From contig CAVTFV010000015.1 of the NCBI GenBank assembly GCA_963734115.1, positions 2,481 through 66,480 on the forward strand: a stretch of 64,000 nt of DNA, read 5' to 3'. The notes beneath the pieces were generated by a model. The model did not search any database. It was given only the letters and a program-made list of their open reading frames with translations, and was not told the origin of the DNA. A program made the position numbers and the translations under genes. Within the stretch, counting starts at the first letter, position 1, and the number at the start of each line of letters is the position of its first letter. The DNA comes from an uncultured Acidobacteriota bacterium. GTDB lineage: Bacteria > Actinomycetota > Acidimicrobiia > Spongiisociales > ZC4RG35. Positions 43,356-53,210 of this stretch are shown one piece after another.

Positions 43356-44150
43356 ATGCCGATCGCCCTGGTCACCGGTGCCAATTCGGGGATCGGCCGG
43401 GCCACTGCTGTCGGCTTGGCCGCCGGAGGCATCCATGTGATCGCGGCCGGTCGCTCAGCGGAGAGGACCGAACCGGTCGTCGATGAGATCGCGGCCAATG
43501 GCGGTAGCGCAGAGTTCCTCGAGCTCGATCTGGCCTCGATGAACTCGGTGCGGACCGCAGGTCAGAGCTTCGCCAACTCCGGCCGTGATCTCGACATCCT
43601 GGTCAACAACGCCGGAATCGGGATCAATCGGCGCGGCCTCACCGAAGACGGGTTCGAGGTCCACTTCGGCATCAACCATCTGGGGCACTTCCTCCTCACC
43701 CGCGAGCTCGTGCCCCACCTCAGCACGCATGGCCGCGTGGTCTCTCTGACCAGTGCCATGCACTTCCGGGCTGACGGCATCGATTTCACCCGGGTTCGCC
43801 GACCGACCGCGTTCATCGGTCTCGCCGAGTACGCGACGTCGAAACTGGCCAACGTCCTGTTCATCAGGGAGCTCGCCCGCCGTCAACCCGAGCGTGGGGC
43901 TTACGCCGTCCACCCCGGCCTGGTCCGCACCCGGCTGATCCCGGGGCCGCTCCGCGCCCTCTCGGCGTCGACCATATTGAGCCCAGAACAGGGCGCCGAC
44001 ACGGTCCTCTGGTGCGCCACCTCCAAGGACGTAGCCTCGGAAACGGGCCACTATTACCAGCACCGATCGCCGCTTCCCCCTTCGGCCAAGGCCCAGGACG
44101 ACGACCTGGGCCGGGAGCTGTGGGAGCGATCGGACGAGTGGTGTCGATAG
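43356..44150 (+). CDS. SDR family oxidoreductase (retinol dehydrogenase-like)
   Basis: TGANSGIG, NNAGI, NHLGHF, YATSK, VHPG. Confidence 0.9.
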   Translation: MPIALVTGANSGIGRATAVGLAAGGIHVIAAGRSAERTEPVVDEIAANGGSAEFLELDLASMNSVRTAGQSFANSGRDLDILVNNAGIGINRRGLTEDGFEVHFGINHLGHFLLTRELVPHLSTHGRVVSLTSAMHFRADGIDFTRVRRPTAFIGLAEYATSKLANVLFIRELARRQPERGAYAVHPGLVRTRLIPGPLRALSASTILSPEQGADTVLWCATSKDVASETGHYYQHRSPLPPSAKAQDDDLGRELWERSDEWCR

Positions 44151-44173
44151 GCCCACCGGGTAGCGTCCCGCTC

Positions 44174-45256
44174 ATGGAGCCGGATCTCTATTACGGGACT
44201 TACCTGAGACTGGACAAGCTCCTCGACGCTCAGGACCTGGAGAGCACCCGAGCGGGAAGCACCGTCCACGATGAGATGCTGTTCATCGTGGTCCATCAGG
44301 CCTACGAGCTCTGGTTCAAGCAGATCCTTTGGGAGATGGACGAGGTGCGACGCATCTTCGGGCAGAACGTCGTCGATGAGGCCGACATGGGCACCGCCGT
44401 CTCCCTCCTGCGACGGATCACCGAGATCCAGAAGCTGCTCATCCAGCAGGTATCGGTCCTGGAGACGATGACTCCCCTCGATTTCCTCGACTTCAGGGAC
44501 TATCTCTTCCCTGCCTCGGGCTTCCAATCGGCCCAGTTCAGACTGGTGGAGAACAAACTCGGTCTCCGCGCAGAAGACAGGATGAAGCTGGCAGGCGCCA
44601 CCTACACATCTCGCTTCAGTCCCGAGGACACCAGATCGGTAGCGGCCAGCGAGCAGGAGCCGTCGATCTTCGATCTGGTCGAGCGGTGGCTGGAGCGAAC
44701 CCCGTTTCTCGATCTCGAGGACTTCTCGTTCTGGGAGGCATTCCAGAAAGCCGTGAAGGAAAGGCTGGAGGCCGACCGGGACGTGGTCGAATCCAACCCG
44801 AGATTGACCGCCGAGGAGAAGGCCTCCCAAGCCAAGGACTTCGAGACCACCATGGAGCAGTACGACGCGCTCTTCGACCCCGCCAAGCACGCCGAGCAGC
44901 AGGCGGCGGGTAAGCGGCGTCTCTCCCATCGAGCCTTCCAGGCTGCCCTCTTCATCACTTTGTACCGGGACCAGCCCGCATTGCAGGGAGGCTTTCGGGT
45001 GCTCGAGCTGCTCATGGACATCGATGAGGGGTTCACCACCTGGCGCTACCGCCATGCCCAGATGGTGTTGCGAATGATCGGGCGGAGGATCGGGACCGGT
45101 GGCTCCGCAGGGGCCAAGTACCTGGAGAGATCGGCAGAGCGGAGCCGGATCTTCGCCGACCTCTACAACCTCGCCACATTCCTCATCCCGAGGGCCGACC
45201 GGCCGCCCCTGCCACCCGGCATCATCGAGTCGATGCGATTCAAGTACGAGGGATGA
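44174..45256 (+). CDS. kynA: Tryptophan 2,3-dioxygenase (long form)
   Basis: YLRLDKLL, HDEMLFIVVHQAYELWFKQI, PASGFQSAQFR, WRYRH...RMIG..IGTGGS. Confidence 0.93.
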   Translation: MEPDLYYGTYLRLDKLLDAQDLESTRAGSTVHDEMLFIVVHQAYELWFKQILWEMDEVRRIFGQNVVDEADMGTAVSLLRRITEIQKLLIQQVSVLETMTPLDFLDFRDYLFPASGFQSAQFRLVENKLGLRAEDRMKLAGATYTSRFSPEDTRSVAASEQEPSIFDLVERWLERTPFLDLEDFSFWEAFQKAVKERLEADRDVVESNPRLTAEEKASQAKDFETTMEQYDALFDPAKHAEQQAAGKRRLSHRAFQAALFITLYRDQPALQGGFRVLELLMDIDEGFTTWRYRHAQMVLRMIGRRIGTGGSAGAKYLERSAERSRIFADLYNLATFLIPRADRPPLPPGIIESMRFKYEG

Positions 45257-46386
45257 ACCTCAAGCCTCATTTCTCCCGATTCCTCGGGGCCAAGCCCGAC
45301 CGCCTCCATTTCGCCGCCCACTCACACCACCCATGGCCCGATGTGTCTTTCGAGGCGCAGCAACAGGCCTGGCTGGATGCCGCAGAGATGATGGACGACA
45401 AGTGGGACCACATCTTCGGGGAGGTGATCCCCGAGGCCCGCACCCGGGTGGCCGCAGTGCTCGGCCTCGCCGACCCTGCCAGCCTGACCTTTGGCCCCAA
45501 CACCCACTCCTTTCTCCTCAGGATCTTCTCGTGTCTGGATGCGCCGGTCCGGGTCCTGTCCACCGATGCCGAGTTCCACTCGTTCACCCGTCAGTCGCGG
45601 CGATGGGAAGAGGCGGGGCTGGCCATCGTGGATCGGATCCCCACCGAGCCATTCGAAACATTCGCCGAGCGTTTCACACGGGAGGCCCGAGCAGGCGTCC
45701 ACGACCTGATCTATCTGAGCCAGGTCTTCTACGACTCCGGTTTCGTGGTTCCCGACCTCGACCAGATCGTCTCCTCGGTACCAGAGAACCGGACATTCAT
45801 CGTCATCGACGGTTATCACGCGTTCATGGCCAGACCTGTGAACTTGGGGGCCATCCAGGATCGGGTGTTCTTTGTCGCCGGTGGGTACAAATACGCCATG
45901 TCCGGCGAGGGCGCCTGCTTCCTGCACTCTCCACCTGGCTATGGGCCACGCCCTCTCGACACTGGTTGGTACGCCGGATTCAGTCAGCTCGAATCCGGGA
46001 TGGGCCAGACCATCTCCTATGGCGCCGATGGTTCGAGATTCTCCGGAGCGACCTTCGACCCATCCGGCGTCTATCGAATGGCGGCGGCGCTTGGCTGGCT
46101 GGAGTCGGAGGAAGCCACGCCGGCCCGGATCCACGATCACGCCGTCTCGCTACAGGAAAGACTCCTCGCCGGAGGGCCTGCCCTCGGCGACCTGCTCGTC
46201 GGCGATGTTGCCCAGCGAGGCAACTTCCTCACCTTCCGCTCCGACCATGCCGGCGACATCTACCAGCAGCTTCACCAGCGTGGTGTGATCACCGATTTCC
46301 GGGCCGACCGGCTTCGCATCGGGTTCGGCGTCTATCAGGACGAGGAAGACGTCGACCGGTTGTTGGATGTACTGGCGAGTCTCTAA
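45253..46386 (+). CDS. PLP class V enzyme, putative non-canonical kynureninase
   Basis: DAEFHS, IDGYH, GGYKY, GWYA, ATFDP; overlaps kynA stop (ATGA). Confidence 0.75.
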   Translation: MNLKPHFSRFLGAKPDRLHFAAHSHHPWPDVSFEAQQQAWLDAAEMMDDKWDHIFGEVIPEARTRVAAVLGLADPASLTFGPNTHSFLLRIFSCLDAPVRVLSTDAEFHSFTRQSRRWEEAGLAIVDRIPTEPFETFAERFTREARAGVHDLIYLSQVFYDSGFVVPDLDQIVSSVPENRTFIVIDGYHAFMARPVNLGAIQDRVFFVAGGYKYAMSGEGACFLHSPPGYGPRPLDTGWYAGFSQLESGMGQTISYGADGSRFSGATFDPSGVYRMAAALGWLESEEATPARIHDHAVSLQERLLAGGPALGDLLVGDVAQRGNFLTFRSDHAGDIYQQLHQRGVITDFRADRLRIGFGVYQDEEDVDRLLDVLASL

Positions 46387-46778
46387 ACCACGGCCACACA
46401 GACCAATTCCACCCGGGCATCGGGGTCGAAGAGCTCGGCCACCCCGATCAGGGCCATGGGCGGGAAGTGCTTGCCGAACACCTCTCGATAGGCCTCCCCG
46501 ATCGGGCCCAGATTCTCCTTGTACCCGTCTACGTCGGTGGTGTAGATCGTCATCGACACCAGGTCGTCGGGCTCCCCTCCGGCCTCTCTGATGACCTTCG
46601 CCACCGACTGGCAGGCGCTGGCGAATTGCTCGACCAGGCCGTCGTCGAGGGTCATGTCCTCGTGGTGACCGGTTTGCCCGGCGATGTACAGCGTCCTGCC
46701 CTCCGCCGGGATGGCTCCGTGGGAGAAGCCACGGGCCGGAGCAAGCCCCTCGGGGTTCAGGAATTGGTGAGCGCTCAC
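46383..46778 (-). CDS. RidA/YjgF family protein
   Basis: GFSHG, LYIAGQ, FGKHFPPMALIGV, ARVE. Confidence 0.88.
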   Translation of the reverse strand: MSAHQFLNPEGLAPARGFSHGAIPAEGRTLYIAGQTGHHEDMTLDDGLVEQFASACQSVAKVIREAGGEPDDLVSMTIYTTDVDGYKENLGPIGEAYREVFGKHFPPMALIGVAELFDPDARVELVCVAVV

Positions 46779-47602
46779 CGACCCGTCCAGTCCGGTGGCC
46801 GCTTCCCGGTGAAGGCCCGGTAGAACTCGGCGTGGTCCTCGGTGGTCATCAGTAGGGCTTGTGTGAACGCCTCCAACTCGATGGCAGAGCCGAGGTCCAT
46901 GTCTAGCTCACGACTGATCAGGACCTTGGTGGCGCCGTAGGCCAGGGCCGGCCCTGATGCGAGGCCCTGGGCCAGGTCGGCTGCTGACCCCGATAGCTCG
47001 GCGTCGGCCACCACCTTCGTCGCCAGCCCGATGGCGACTGCCCGCTCGGCATCGACCGTTTCCCCGAGGAGCAAGAGCTCGGTAGCGCGGCCCAGACCGA
47101 TCACCCGGGGCAGCAGATATGCAGAGCCCATGTCCGCTCCGGCCAGACCCACCCTGGTGAAGAGAAAGGCGAAGGAGGAAGACTCGGCCAGGATCCTCAG
47201 ATCGGCGGCCAACGCGATAACCGCCCCTGCTCCGGCCGCAACACCGTTCACGGCAGCGATCACCGGGATCGGAATCCGGCGGATGCGCTCCACTACCGCC
47301 CCGGTCATCCGAGTGAACTCGAGGAGGCCCCTGGCGTCCATCTCCAGCAACGGAGCGATGATCTCGTCCACATCCCCACCGGAGCAAAACCCCCGCCCGG
47401 TCCCGGTGAGGACCAAGACGCGGACGTCCTCCCGTTGCTCGATCTCTCCGAGCAGGTCTCTCAGGTCCGCATAGACCTCGAAGGTCAGTGCATTGAGCCT
47501 GTCAGGACGGTCGAAGGTGACCGTTGCCACCCCATCCGCCACTTCGAACCCGAAATGCTGCCAATTCCCGGTGAAGTCTGCAGAGGCGCGAAATGGGCTC
47601 AC
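46775..47602 (-). CDS. Enoyl-CoA hydratase family protein
   Basis: LNALTFEVY, FCSGGDV, AAGAG, GLAGADMG. Confidence 0.9.
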   Translation of the reverse strand: MSPFRASADFTGNWQHFGFEVADGVATVTFDRPDRLNALTFEVYADLRDLLGEIEQREDVRVLVLTGTGRGFCSGGDVDEIIAPLLEMDARGLLEFTRMTGAVVERIRRIPIPVIAAVNGVAAGAGAVIALAADLRILAESSSFAFLFTRVGLAGADMGSAYLLPRVIGLGRATELLLLGETVDAERAVAIGLATKVVADAELSGSAADLAQGLASGPALAYGATKVLISRELDMDLGSAIELEAFTQALLMTTEDHAEFYRAFTGKRPPDWTGR

Positions 47603-47613
47603 GGAGGGTGTGG

Positions 47614-48810
47614 CTAGACGCCAACCTCCTCGGTGACGACCGGCCGTGCCTCCTTGGCGGTCAGGTAGGTATAGATCCCGAACAGAAGGGAGAGCCCGAG
47701 GATCGGAGTGAAAATCCGCTTCAACGTCGCATTCTCGGTGAAGATGCCAACGGCGAAGCCGAGCACGCCGGTGTTCACCCCCCAATAGATGACACGATTG
47801 GCGGATTCGGCCACTACCGAGGCGGTCGCCATCATGGCGAAGATCAGATTGGTCATGACCATGATGAAGTTGATGTGGTCAACTGCGACCAACCAGGGGG
47901 CTATCTCTTCGAAGTCGGCTCCCGACACAAAGAGCGACACGACATACGCGAAGAGAGCTATGCCGAGCACGAGACCGACCACCGCAGTTCGGGCCATGAT
48001 GCCGGGCACCGGGCCACTCCATTGGGACGGGGTCAGATAGGAGCGCAGTCGCCAGATCAGGATGACGAGCCCGATCACTTCCAGCGGCACGTTGGCCTGG
48101 AGCATCGCCTCGTTGTCGAGGAGGACGCCCAACATCGCAAGGACGCCGGCGAGAAAGATCAGGCTCATCTGGACGACCCCTGCCTTCGAGGCGGACAGCG
48201 AAGGAGTGTCCTCGCGTCGTAACAACCACTCGATCAAGGCAGTGCCAGCGAGGATGACATAGCCGACCACCATGGCGGCGGGATGGGCGCCCCCGAGCTG
48301 TTCGGCGTTCTCCGGTGGGACGATCTCCACCTCGGCCAGCTGTAAACCGAGAGCGATGCCGAGTACGGCGCCGATAACGAGGAAGAACAATGAAAGGGCC
48401 ATCCCGTACTGAGCGACGTTCCAGGTCGTCCCGCGATGGGCTCGCAGCACCCACACGAACATCCAGACGATGGCGATGAAAGCCAGCACTCCGCCGATCG
48501 GCCGCTGAACGCTCGAAGTAGTCAGGTCGACCGACCAGAAAGCCAGGACGTAGAGGGCCAGCGCCACGATGGAGAAATTGGCCACCGCGTTGCTCGATCG
48601 GTCCTCCGGCGAGCCGAACATCCAGATCGACCCTGCGAAGATGGAGAGGGTCAACCAGCCCAGCGTCCCGGCATGGACGTGGGTGAGCAAGGTGTTTCGC
48701 GGTGGTTCCCAGACGTCGATCCCGTTGAGAATTCCGATTACCACCGTGATGACGAAAATCACCAGTGCGGCGCGGAACAGGTTCCGCACACCAGAGGGCA
48801 TCGTTCCCAT
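47614..48810 (-). CDS. Hypothetical 12-TM membrane protein with His motifs
   Basis: Strongly hydrophobic; HVHAGTLGW, AHPAAMVVGY, DHINFIMVM at similar intervals. Confidence 0.75.
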   Translation of the reverse strand: MGTMPSGVRNLFRAALVIFVITVVIGILNGIDVWEPPRNTLLTHVHAGTLGWLTLSIFAGSIWMFGSPEDRSSNAVANFSIVALALYVLAFWSVDLTTSSVQRPIGGVLAFIAIVWMFVWVLRAHRGTTWNVAQYGMALSLFFLVIGAVLGIALGLQLAEVEIVPPENAEQLGGAHPAAMVVGYVILAGTALIEWLLRREDTPSLSASKAGVVQMSLIFLAGVLAMLGVLLDNEAMLQANVPLEVIGLVILIWRLRSYLTPSQWSGPVPGIMARTAVVGLVLGIALFAYVVSLFVSGADFEEIAPWLVAVDHINFIMVMTNLIFAMMATASVVAESANRVIYWGVNTGVLGFAVGIFTENATLKRIFTPILGLSLLFGIYTYLTAKEARPVVTEEVGV

Positions 48811-48922
48811 CGCTCGTCCCTTCTCTTGCGACTCAGTGATTATGTCAGCGGCCCCCTTCGGCGGGTGGGCAAATTGAGCCGACAAAGACACACCGGACGA
48901 TGTGAACGCTCATACTGGGCTC

Positions 48923-50026
48923 ATGAGCAGGCCGCTCGTCGAGGAATGTGAGCGACTCGGGCACGCTCTGATCGAGGTAGCCGAGACCGGGGCACCTGGG
49001 CGGGTCAACCGGCCACTGCTCGGGGCCCTGGCCGGCCACGGGCTGTTCGACCGGCTCTTCTCCGACGAGACCGTCACCGCCACCGATCTGTGCTCGATGC
49101 GCCAAGGGCTGGCTCGCGTTTCCACGGATGCGGAGACTGGGTTCGCCGTTCAGGGCCTCGGTGCCATCCCGATTCATAGCTCGGGGACCCCAGAGCTGAG
49201 GGAAGCGGTCATGCCGGGCATCAGGAGCGGCGCCACCGTGGCCGCCTTCGCCCTGACCGAGCCAGGGGCAGGCTCCGATGCCGCCGCCCTCTCCACCATC
49301 GCCGAGGCCGACGGAGATGGGTACCGCCTCAGTGGGGAGAAGGCATACATCTCCAACGCGCCCGATGCCGATATCTACACCCTGTTCGCACGAACCACGC
49401 CCGGAGCCGGATCCCGTGGCATCACCGCCTTTGTCGTCAGTCGCGAGATGGACGGCATGAGTGGGGAGACGATCCCGATGCTGTCACCACATCCCCTCGG
49501 TCGGATCCATCTGGATGGTGTCTATGTGCCGAAGGAGAACGTCCTCGGCGAGATCGATCACGGATTCAGAGTCGCCATGCAGACGCTGGATCTGTTCCGC
49601 CCCAGTGTCGGCGCTTTTGCCCTGGGGATGGCCGAGGCGGCGCTTCGCATAGCGACCGGCCACGCCATGACCCGCACCGCTTTCGGGACTCCGATATCCG
49701 ATTTCCAAGGGGTGTCGCATCAATTGGCCGATGTGCGTCTCGACATCGAGGCGGCCGAGTTGCTCGTGTACTCGGCGGCGGCCGCTCATGACGCCGGCGA
49801 CACCGAGACCCTGACCGGCAAGGCGGCGATGGCCAAGCTCCACGCCACCGAGACGGCGCAGCGGGCGGTCGACACCGCGATCCAGGTCCTCGGGGCAAGG
49901 GGTCTCGAGGCCGATACCACGCTGGCCCGTCTCTATATCGAAGTGCGGGCGCCCCGCATCTACGAGGGCACCTCCGAGATCCAGCGCAACATCATCGCCC
50001 GGGAGCTCTTCAACGGGCGGATCTAG
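48923..50026 (+). CDS. Acyl-CoA dehydrogenase
   Basis: QGLG, FALTEPGAGSD, GEKAYISN, AMAKL, RIYEGTSEIQR. Confidence 0.92.
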   Translation: MSRPLVEECERLGHALIEVAETGAPGRVNRPLLGALAGHGLFDRLFSDETVTATDLCSMRQGLARVSTDAETGFAVQGLGAIPIHSSGTPELREAVMPGIRSGATVAAFALTEPGAGSDAAALSTIAEADGDGYRLSGEKAYISNAPDADIYTLFARTTPGAGSRGITAFVVSREMDGMSGETIPMLSPHPLGRIHLDGVYVPKENVLGEIDHGFRVAMQTLDLFRPSVGAFALGMAEAALRIATGHAMTRTAFGTPISDFQGVSHQLADVRLDIEAAELLVYSAAAAHDAGDTETLTGKAAMAKLHATETAQRAVDTAIQVLGARGLEADTTLARLYIEVRAPRIYEGTSEIQRNIIARELFNGRI

Positions 50027-50035
50027 CGCGAGTAT

Positions 50036-50434
50036 CTAACCGACCAACCCCGCTCTGACCATGATGCAGGCGTGGGCCAGCCAGTTGAAGGGGCCGGCCT
50101 CCAGCTTCTCCATCAACTCAGGCGACTCGGCTCCGGGCTGGAGCCAGATGTTGAGGATGCCGGCCTGCTCGCACTCGTCGACGACGTCGAGCCCGCGACG
50201 GGCCGGAATGACGAAATCGGCGATTGTGGGCGTCTCGGGGAGGTCGAGAACCGTCTTCCAGCAAGGGTCGCCGTCCACCGTCTCCCGATAGGGATTGACG
50301 GCGAGGACACGAATGCCTCTCCGCTTCAGGTCCCGGTAGATGATCCCGCCGTACTTGGTGGAATGGTCGGTCGCCCCAATCACCGCAACCGAGGCGCCTG
50401 GCTCGCCCAGGAGGGGGGTGAGGTCGGTCATCAT
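50036..50434 (-). CDS. CoA-binding protein (YccU-like)
   Basis: VAVIGAT, VNP, IWLQPGA, ACIMV. Confidence 0.88.
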   Translation of the reverse strand: MMTDLTPLLGEPGASVAVIGATDHSTKYGGIIYRDLKRRGIRVLAVNPYRETVDGDPCWKTVLDLPETPTIADFVIPARRGLDVVDECEQAGILNIWLQPGAESPELMEKLEAGPFNWLAHACIMVRAGLVG

Positions 50435-50496
50435 GTGTCCGGCACGGTATCCGCCTCGCCCGGCTTGTCGGGAATCAACCCGGTACCGTCCTCAGC

Positions 50497-52005
50497 GTGA
50501 CCGAGGTTGTCGTCGATGGCGGGCCACTCACCGCTAACCAGGTGGTCGAGGTCGCCTATCGCCGGGCACGGGCGATACCCGGGCCGGATCTCTCCAACCG
50601 GATGGAACCGGCGCGCGCCGTGGTCGACGCCGCCGTCGAATCGGGAGAGGTCGTGTACGGGATCACCACCGGCTTTGGCGCCCTCGCCTCCACCCGGATC
50701 GATCGTGACGAAGCCGTGACACTCCAGTACAACCTGATTCGCTCGCATGCCTCCGGAGTCGGGCCGCCTTTGCCGGACGCCCTGGTTCGGGCCATCCTCC
50801 TCCTCCGGGCCAGAACACTGGCCCAGGGCCACTCCGGGGTCCGGCCCGTTGTGGTCGAGCGTCTTCTCGAGATGCTCGACAGGGACATCCTCCCCGTTAT
50901 CCCCTCCCAGGGCTCGGTGGGGGCGTCGGGCGACCTCGCCCCGTTTGCCCACATGGCCCTGCCCCTGATCGGCGAAGGGCGGGTCAAGGTCGACGGAGTG
51001 CTCGTGCCGACCGCGGATACCGGCATGACCCCGCTCGCCCTACAGGCAAAGGAAGGCCTCTCGCTGCTCAACGGGACCGAAGGCATGACGGCGATGGGCG
51101 TCCTCTCCCTCCATGAGGCACGCCAGTTGCTGATCGCGGCCGACGCTGCCTGTGCCATGACGATCGAGGCGATGATGGGGAGTGCCCGACCCTTCCGGGA
51201 GGACGTGCATCGTCTGCGGCCACATCCGGGCCAGATCGCCTCGGCCCGGCGCATCGCGGCGCTCATCGACGGCAGCCCCATCGGGGCCAGTCACGAGCAT
51301 GACTTCGACCATGCCGTGCAGGACGCCTATTCACTCCGCTGCGCCCCGCAGGTCCACGGCGCTGCCTCCGACACGTTCGACCACATGGAGGACGTCCTTT
51401 CCCGCGAGATGGAATCGGTGGTCGACAACCCGATCGTCTTTCCGGACACGGGTGAGGTGGTGTCGGGCGGCAACTTCCATGGCCAGCCGCTCGCATTCGT
51501 GCTCGACTTCGCCGCCATCGCCGTCTCCGAGCTCGCCTCGATCTCGGAGCGCCGCACCGACCGTCTCCTCGACCCGGCCCGCTCCCGGGGTCTCCCCGCC
51601 TTTCTCGCCAGCAACCCGGGTGTGCAGTCGGGATACATGATCGGCCAGTACGTGCAAGCGGCCCTCGTCGCCGAGAACAAGGTGCTGGCGCATCCCGCCT
51701 CCGTCGACACCATCCCCACCTCGGGCAACCAGGAAGATCACGTCTCGATGGGTTGGGGCGCCGGTCTGAAGCTGAACCAGATCCTGGGCAATGCGCGCAA
51801 GGTCGTCGCCATCGAGATCCTCTGTGCCGCTCAGGGCATCGAGTACCGGAGCCCGCTTCTTCCTGCTCCGGGGACCGCCGCGATCGTCGGGCTGGTTCGG
51901 GCCCATGTGCCGCCCCTGAGCGAGGACCGCTCGCTGACGGATGAGATCGAGGCGGTCGCCGCCCTCATCGCCGACGGATCGGTGGCTTCGGCAGTCGAAA
52001 GGTGA
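50497..52005 (+). CDS. hutH: Histidine ammonia-lyase
   Basis: YGITTGFG, GSVGASGDL (MIO), KEGL, QDAYSLRC, GNFHG, QEDHVSMG. Confidence 0.94.
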   Translation: MTEVVVDGGPLTANQVVEVAYRRARAIPGPDLSNRMEPARAVVDAAVESGEVVYGITTGFGALASTRIDRDEAVTLQYNLIRSHASGVGPPLPDALVRAILLLRARTLAQGHSGVRPVVVERLLEMLDRDILPVIPSQGSVGASGDLAPFAHMALPLIGEGRVKVDGVLVPTADTGMTPLALQAKEGLSLLNGTEGMTAMGVLSLHEARQLLIAADAACAMTIEAMMGSARPFREDVHRLRPHPGQIASARRIAALIDGSPIGASHEHDFDHAVQDAYSLRCAPQVHGAASDTFDHMEDVLSREMESVVDNPIVFPDTGEVVSGGNFHGQPLAFVLDFAAIAVSELASISERRTDRLLDPARSRGLPAFLASNPGVQSGYMIGQYVQAALVAENKVLAHPASVDTIPTSGNQEDHVSMGWGAGLKLNQILGNARKVVAIEILCAAQGIEYRSPLLPAPGTAAIVGLVRAHVPPLSEDRSLTDEIEAVAALIADGSVASAVER

Positions 52006-53201
52006 GCGGTCTCCTCCTCACCGGGATCGGGCACCTGACCACGAATGCCGGGGAGCCAATGTCCGACTGCGTGGTGAAGATCGAGGATGGATCGATCGTG
52101 TACGCCGGGCAGAGCTCGGATGCCCCGGAGCAAGGCAGTTCAACCCGAATCGACTGCATGGGACGGGCGGTCATACCGGGGTTCGTGGACAGCCACACGC
52201 ATCTCGTCTTCGCCGGGGACCGGGCCGCCGAGTTCTCGATGAAGATGGCCGGCGCCAGCTACTCCGAGGTGGCGAAAAGCGGCGGAGGGATCCTCGCCAC
52301 GGTGAGCGCCACCCGTGATGCGTCGGAAGACGACCTGTTCGGGGGGGCCGCCGCCAGAGTGCGGCGGATGATCGCTTCCGGGACGACGACCGTCGAGATC
52401 AAATCCGGGTACGGCCTGGACGTCGACACCGAGCTGCGTCTTCTCCGCGTCGCCAGGAGGATCGGCGCCGAGCTGCCCGTGAGTGTCAGGACCACATTTC
52501 TCGGCGCACATGCCGTGCCGCCGGAGTTTCGAAACGATCGGGCGGGCTATGTCGACCTGGTGATCGAGGAGATGCTGCCCCAAGCCGCCCCGCTCGCCGA
52601 CTATTGCGATGTCTTCGTCGAAGAGGGCGCATTTTCGGTCGATGAAGCAAGACGCATCTTCGCCGCCGCCGAAGGCCTCGGCCTGGGAGCACGTGTCCAC
52701 GCCGAGCAACTGACACATTCCGGTGGCGCGATGCTGGCCGCCGAGATCAGAGCGGTGAGTGCCGATCACCTCGACCACATCACAGAGGAGGGCGCGACCG
52801 CCCTGGCCAACGCCGGGGTCGTCACGGTCCTCGTCCCCGGCGCCTCCTACACGATGCGCTCATCTCAGGCACCGGGCCCGATGCTGCTCGAGCGTGGCGC
52901 AACCATCGCTCTGGCCACCGACTGCAACCCGGGGACCTCCTTTTTCGAGTCGATGGGCCTTGTGATCAGCCTGGCAGTCGTGCAGATGGGTCTCACCACG
53001 GAGCAGGCGATCCATGCCGCCACCCGGGGCGGGGCGCTTGCATTGGGAATGGAGGGATACGGCACGATCACGACCGGGTCCGCCGGCGACTTGATCGTGG
53101 TCGATGCTCCCTCGCCGGCGCACATCCCGTACCGACCAGCCACCAACCTGGCATGGAAGACGATCAAGGCGGGGCAGGTCGTGGCCGCCAGAGACAATTA
53201 G
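52002..53201 (+). CDS. hutI: Imidazolonepropionase
   Basis: PGFVDSHTH, GTTTVEIKSGYG, HAEQL, SADHL, ATDCNPG. Confidence 0.94.
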   Translation: MSGLLLTGIGHLTTNAGEPMSDCVVKIEDGSIVYAGQSSDAPEQGSSTRIDCMGRAVIPGFVDSHTHLVFAGDRAAEFSMKMAGASYSEVAKSGGGILATVSATRDASEDDLFGGAAARVRRMIASGTTTVEIKSGYGLDVDTELRLLRVARRIGAELPVSVRTTFLGAHAVPPEFRNDRAGYVDLVIEEMLPQAAPLADYCDVFVEEGAFSVDEARRIFAAAEGLGLGARVHAEQLTHSGGAMLAAEIRAVSADHLDHITEEGATALANAGVVTVLVPGASYTMRSSQAPGPMLLERGATIALATDCNPGTSFFESMGLVISLAVVQMGLTTEQAIHAATRGGALALGMEGYGTITTGSAGDLIVVDAPSPAHIPYRPATNLAWKTIKAGQVVAARDN

Positions 53202-53210
53202 GGTCAGGCC

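Noticed and set aside
48840-48922. CRP or DosR-like site in the divergent intergenic region
   Set aside because: Only partial matches with wrong spacing.
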